From: Luteimonas sp.
GTDB lineage: Bacteria > Pseudomonadota > Gammaproteobacteria > Xanthomonadales > Xanthomonadaceae
Length of the DNA stretch: 54,350 nucleotides
Direction: 5' to 3'
Assembly: GCA_036570525.1 (NCBI GenBank)
Contig: DATCYC010000302.1
Location: forward strand, 1 to 54,350
Shown here: positions 50,801 through 54,350 of the stretch, one piece after another
Numbering within the stretch: position 1 is the first letter of the stretch
Layout of the letters: each line of letters begins with the position of its first letter
Translations under genes and position numbers: made by a program
The notes under the pieces: model-generated
Databases searched by the model: none
The model's input: only the letters and a program-made list of their open reading frames with translations
Told to the model about the DNA's origin: nothing

Positions 50801-52527
50801 TAGGCAAGCCGCTCGGCAGGATACTTCGGGTCCAGCGGCACGTAGGCGGCGCCGGCCTTCAGTACCGCCAGCAGGCCAACCACCATCTCCAGGCTGCGAT
50901 CGACGCACACCGCGACGCGGTCGTCCGGCTTCACCCCGAGCCCGCGCAGGTGGTGCGCCAGGCGGTTGGCGGCGGCATTGAGCTGGTCGAAACGCAGCTT
51001 CTCGCCTTCGTACTCGACGGCAATCGCATCGGGCGTTCGTCGCACCTGCTGCTCGATCAGGTCCTGGATGCAACAGTCGCGCGGATAGTCGACCTGGGTG
51101 TCGTTGAACTTCTCCAGCACCAGCCGGCGCTCGGTCTCGGCCAGCAGCGGCAGGCGTCCGAGCGCCTGCGCATCATCGTCGACCATCGCCTCGAGCATCG
51201 TGCGCCAATACCCCAACCAGTGGCGGACGGTGGCGGTATCGAACAGGTCCTGGTTGTACTGGCATTCCAGCCGCAATTGCCCCTGCACCTGCACCGCGTT
51301 GACGAACAACTCGAAGTTCTCGAACGTGCGCGCATTGCTCGCGAAGTCCATCTCCAGCCCGGGGAACGCAGCGTGTTCGTTGTCCAGGGCCTGGTCGATG
51401 TTGAACATCACGCTGATCAACGGCAGCCGCGACGGATCGCGCGCGACCTTGAGCTTCCGCAACAGCGTGCCGAAGGTATAGCGCTGGTGGTCGAGCGCAT
51501 CGAGCAAGGTCGACTGCGCGTCGTCGATGGCCGCGGCCACCGGCTGCGCGGGATCGAGCTCGAACAGCAGCGGCAGCGTGTTGACGCAGTGCCCCACCAG
51601 GTGGTCGTGCCCGTCCACGGACTGGCCCGCGGCGGGAATGCCGACGACCACCTGCGACTGGCTCGAAAGTCGGGACAACAGCGCGGCGAAGCTCGCCAGC
51701 AGGGTCGCAAACAGGCTCACGCCGCGCCGTGCGCCCATCTTCCTGATCGCTGCGACCAACTCGGCGTCAAGCACGTAATCCTCGCGCGCGGACGCGAAGC
51801 CTCGGCGCGCGGGGCGCGGCCGGTCGGTGGGCAGGTCGAGCACCGGCATTTCGCCGGCAAGGCGCGACAGCCAGTAGGCTTCGTCCTCCGCGCAGGAAGC
51901 ATCGGCGCGGCGCGTGGCCTCGGCCAGCGCGTAGTCGGCGAAATCATCGGCCAGCGGCAGCTCGGTCGGCACGCCCAGCCGCCGTGCGTACAGTGCGGCC
52001 AGCTCGCGCGTCAGCACCCACCACGACCAGCCATCGCAGACGATGTGGTGCGCCGTGAGCACGAGCAGGTGGTCGTCGGCGCCAAGGCGCAGCAGCTCGG
52101 CGCGGAACAGGCGGTCGTGCTGCAGTGCGAAACGGGTCTCCACCGCAAGCCGCAGGCGCTCGGCGACGGCGGCCTCGCGCTCGGCATCGTCCAGCTTCGA
52201 ATAGTCGAACGTCGGCAACGCCAGCTGCACGCAATCGAGCACGCACAGCGTATCGCCCTCGGGCCCGAGGTTGGCGCGCAGGGCGCCGTGCCGGTCGAGC
52301 AGGTCTTGCAACGCGCCGTGCAGCGCGGCGGCGTCCAGCCGGCCCTTGAGCCGCATCGTCACCGATTCGTTGAACGCCAGGGATGCATCGCGGCCGAGTT
52401 CGTCCGCCAGCCAGATCTCTCGCTGCGGCTCCGTGGTCGGAACTACGCGAGCAAGCGCGCCATCGGCGAACGGATCGTAATCGACTGCGGTTCCCGCTCC
52501 GGGGAATGGCTTGACTGCGGGCATCAT
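47878..52527 (-). CDS. Non-ribosomal peptide synthetase, C-A-PCP-C, no thioesterase
   Basis: HHIVCDG (C1); YTSGSTGMPKG, NLYGPTE and YKTGDL (A); FFALGGHSL (PCP); HHIIWDG (C2). ATG overlaps the upstream TGA. Confidence 0.96.
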   Translation of the reverse strand: MMPAVKPFPGAGTAVDYDPFADGALARVVPTTEPQREIWLADELGRDASLAFNESVTMRLKGRLDAAALHGALQDLLDRHGALRANLGPEGDTLCVLDCVQLALPTFDYSKLDDAEREAAVAERLRLAVETRFALQHDRLFRAELLRLGADDHLLVLTAHHIVCDGWSWWVLTRELAALYARRLGVPTELPLADDFADYALAEATRRADASCAEDEAYWLSRLAGEMPVLDLPTDRPRPARRGFASAREDYVLDAELVAAIRKMGARRGVSLFATLLASFAALLSRLSSQSQVVVGIPAAGQSVDGHDHLVGHCVNTLPLLFELDPAQPVAAAIDDAQSTLLDALDHQRYTFGTLLRKLKVARDPSRLPLISVMFNIDQALDNEHAAFPGLEMDFASNARTFENFELFVNAVQVQGQLRLECQYNQDLFDTATVRHWLGYWRTMLEAMVDDDAQALGRLPLLAETERRLVLEKFNDTQVDYPRDCCIQDLIEQQVRRTPDAIAVEYEGEKLRFDQLNAAANRLAHHLRGLGVKPDDRVAVCVDRSLEMVVGLLAVLKAGAAYVPLDPKYPAERLAYMLGDCRPSVLLTQQALAGMLAGIDHSLPQLVLDSAKPDWARQVEADPEPAAAATNLAYLIYTSGSTGMPKGAMNEHRGVVNRLLWMRDEYGIGPGDTVLQKTPFSFDVSVWEFFLPLLSGARLVMARPDGHKDPACLADTVQARGVTTMHFVPSMLHAFLEHPGVGRACAGLRRVICSGEALPASLVESFGRKLPGVELHNLYGPTEAAVDVTAWNCSTAAAGASVPIGHPVANTRIYILDESGQPVPIGVPGEIFIGGVQVGRGYFARDELTAERFLPDSFVREPGARMYKTGDLGRWRADGNIEYLGRNDFQVKLRGFRIELGEIENNLVAHESVAQAVVVAREDRPGDVRLVAYVVARPGAQADPDALSAHLKALLPDYMVPQHFVALDTIPLSPNGKVDRKALPAPDLGARAAGDLVLPRNETERTIAEAMSQVLGVPDIGVHDDFFALGGHSLLAAQLTTRLNRDLGASLSLRSVFDCPTVARLAEIIGQEGDGATPRPKIVRREDQGRAPLSLVQERLRMLEAFNPGTLSYNTPSGHRLRGPLDVALLDRAFREVAQRQTVLRTTIATEDGEPVQVIHDDIDPDLLQVQDLSALPEDEREAEVARRMQAMVETPFEDLSRAPLFRAQLFKLAEQEHALFFMPHHIIWDGWSFDLLYSDIAEIYAALVEGRAPRLPELPVTYGDYAAWHNEWVKGPEYAKQLLSWRERLGAPNSQGGRPQALPTDKPRKRGMSGNSASCMVMVPGDLTAALHARSRDMDVTLFVTLLSAYALLLADFAGQRDMVIGTPVRGRNSSEVEGLMGYFTNLLPLRMEIDPAQPFSELVRKVRDVVLDSFSAPDIRLEDLTRELSLRSEGGGSMLYQALFSFQDIRQRVVRWGDLDHSRIEVFQPGATEDLGLWFVEDGGGMAGGLIYNSDILLEQSILQLRERYMALLRAIADDPARIVGKLVGLAMRDADVLAGRGRTESA

Positions 52528-54350
52528 CAACCTACCTTGAGGAACTTGCCCGGAGCATCCGGATTGGGTACGAACCAGGCCGGTCGGCCGTCGGGATCGC
52601 GTCCCAGACGTGCACCGGGCACCGCCGGACGCGCCGGGTCCATCACCGTGTGCGCCGTAGCGGAGCGGCGCGGCAGGAACTCTGACTCCTGCAGCTCGGT
52701 GATCGAGTCCTTGAATGCCTGGATGATCTTCCTGAAGTCGGCCTCGCCGTGGGCGGTGGTCAGGAAGCACGGGAAGTTGTCGAGGATGTGCACGCCGCGA
52801 CTGCGCATCATCGCGAACAGCAGGTCCTGCAGCGGGTGGTCCTCGAGGAAGAAGGTCTTCCACACCGATGAGAAGTGCCGGACCTCGACCGGCGCACCGA
52901 CCTCGGCGCAGAACGCGTTGAGCTCGTCGGCCATCGCGGTGACGCGCCCGTTGAGGCGCTCCTGCATCTGTCCACCCTGCGCCTTGACGTGCTTGAGCAC
53001 GGCCTTGGCCGCGGCCAGCGCCAGCGGATGGCGGACGAACGTGCCGGCGAAATAGGTCACGCCTACGGTTGGCACCGAATCGTCGCCAAACTGCCAGTGG
53101 CCGCCGTCGAGCGCATCCATGTATTCGCGCTTGCCCGCGATCACGCCGATCGGATAGCCGCCACCAACGACTTTGCCGTAGGTGCCCAGATCGGCCTGGA
53201 TGCCGAACAGGCCCTGGGCGCCGGCCGGATGCGCGCGGAAGCCGGTCACGACCTCGTCGAAGACCAGCAGCGCGCCGGCCTCGCGGGTGATCTTGCGCAG
53301 GTCCTTCAGGAACTCGATGGGGCGGAAGTCCGGGCGTCGGCTCTGAACCGGCTCCACCAGCACCGCGGCGATCTCGTGGGCGCGCTCGCGGATGACCTGC
53401 AGCGACTCCGGCGTGCCGTAATCGAGCACCAGCACGTGCTCGGCGGTGTTGCGCAGGATGCCAGGCGCAGCCGGCACCGCGCGCAGCTTCTTCGTGCCGC
53501 GCACGATCATCTCGTCGACGATGCCGTGATAGGCACCGGTAAACAGAACCACGGTCTCGCGCCCGGTCACCGTACGTGCGATGCGCAATGCGCCGAGCAC
53601 AGCCTCGGAACCGGTGTTGCACAGCGCCGCGCGGTCGTGTCCGGTCACGTCGCATACCAGCCTGGTCACGTCGCCGGCCAGCGGATGCTGCGGACCGATC
53701 TCGTAGCCCAACTCGAGCTGCTCACGTACCGCATCGAGTACGAAGCCAGGCTGCCAGCCGAACAGGCTCATGCCGAAGCCATTGAGCGCGTCGACGTACT
53801 CGTTTCCATCCAGGTCCCACAGATGCGAGCCCTTGGATCGCTCGACAACGATCTGGTAGGTCATCTCCTTGAGCATCGGCTTGAAGCCGTTGACCACGCG
53901 CGGGTCGGCCATGTGGCGACGGTTGGCCTGCGTGTACTCCTTCGACTTGCGGGTGCGCGCAGCGTAACGCTCGATGAATGCGTCGAGCTTGCGCCGCTGG
54001 TGCAGGCCCAGGTCGTTGCCGCCGGACTTGTCGATCCTGGCAATGGCGCCGAAGGCCTTCTTGATGTCATAGGTGGTGTGGGCGATGGCGGCCTCTTCGT
54101 CGTCGACAGCCTTCGGGGCTGCATCGTCTGTCGGTTGCGGTTCCGCCACCGCGGCGGGTGCGGTGGCGGCCAACGGCGCCGGCGCTGCCATTGCAGGTGC
54201 CGCCGCACCCGCAGCGCCCCCGGACAACAGCGCCAGCTGCTGCGCCATCAGCTGCATCTGCTGGTCGATGACATGGCGCATGTAATCGCCGCCTGCCACG
54301 GGCTGCGGCAGTGGCGCCGGCATCGCGCCCCCCGCGGCGGGCGCCGCAGG
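52527..54350 (-). CDS. C-terminal part of a probable PKS/NRPS megasynthase ending in a class III (GSA-like) aminotransferase domain; truncated by window edge
   Basis: WDLDGNEYVD, NTGSEA, GAYHG, FDEVVTGFR and GKVVGGG (PLP Lys). Preceded by a QQMQLMAQQL plus Ala/Pro linker typical of ACP-AMT junctions. Frame is open to the edge. Confidence 0.9.
   Translation of the reverse strand, partial: PAAPAAGGAMPAPLPQPVAGGDYMRHVIDQQMQLMAQQLALLSGGAAGAAAPAMAAPAPLAATAPAAVAEPQPTDDAAPKAVDDEEAAIAHTTYDIKKAFGAIARIDKSGGNDLGLHQRRKLDAFIERYAARTRKSKEYTQANRRHMADPRVVNGFKPMLKEMTYQIVVERSKGSHLWDLDGNEYVDALNGFGMSLFGWQPGFVLDAVREQLELGYEIGPQHPLAGDVTRLVCDVTGHDRAALCNTGSEAVLGALRIARTVTGRETVVLFTGAYHGIVDEMIVRGTKKLRAVPAAPGILRNTAEHVLVLDYGTPESLQVIRERAHEIAAVLVEPVQSRRPDFRPIEFLKDLRKITREAGALLVFDEVVTGFRAHPAGAQGLFGIQADLGTYGKVVGGGYPIGVIAGKREYMDALDGGHWQFGDDSVPTVGVTYFAGTFVRHPLALAAAKAVLKHVKAQGGQMQERLNGRVTAMADELNAFCAEVGAPVEVRHFSSVWKTFFLEDHPLQDLLFAMMRSRGVHILDNFPCFLTTAHGEADFRKIIQAFKDSITELQESEFLPRRSATAHTVMDPARPAVPGARLGRDPDGRPAWFVPNPDAPGKFLKVG

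Noticed and set aside
50314-53055. 913-aa plus-strand ORF and similar long antisense ORFs (2705-5197, 10148-12088, 16597-18675, 44522-46360)
   Set aside because: These are shadows of well-supported genes in high-GC DNA and have no recognisable motifs.
52528-53655. N-terminal 376 codons of the 1925-aa NRPS ORF, or a possible frameshift fusion with the aminotransferase gene
   Set aside because: The translation is Arg/Gly-rich shadow sequence overlapping the real AMT frame. A clean TGATG stop-start overlap at 52527 explains the junction.

Overview
This is a high-GC bacterial window; protein styles suggest a Xanthomonadaceae-like gammaproteobacterium (inference). The left 4 kb holds a partial phoH-family gene, an xre-sulP pair, thiD and an alpha/beta hydrolase. 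From 4.1 kb to the right edge is one large cell-surface locus. It has nucleotide-sugar enzymes (galE, tviB-like, uronate epimerase) and a Wza/Wzc/OM beta-barrel export set of the exosortase-A (PEP-CTERM) EPS type, plus Wzy, Wzx, six glycosyltransferases, two deacetylases and two methyltransferases. It also has an asnB-ACP-acyl-AMP ligase-nadE-like-GNAT cassette and four secreted proteins with lyase- or lectin-like folds. At the right edge is an assembly line with no thioesterase (aminotransferase-ended megasynthase, C-A(Ser)-PCP-C NRPS, free PCP, paired atypical hydrolases). No exosortase, PEP-CTERM protein or priming glycosyltransferase is visible. Top leads: (1) two unrelated secreted proteins share a bipartite C-terminal tail (PMNGAxPL[LI]PP...PAxGK-x8-WIT-x6-W-x2-[FL]-x2-W), a candidate new sorting/tethering signal; (2) carrier-protein chemistry appears dedicated to decorating or anchoring the polysaccharide. 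I also found a GTAG REP pair supplying both stop codons of convergent genes, a probable IS200/IS605 right-end remnant and a low-GC FkbM gene. No rRNA, tRNA or CRISPR was seen. All calls are from motif reading by eye; no searches were run.
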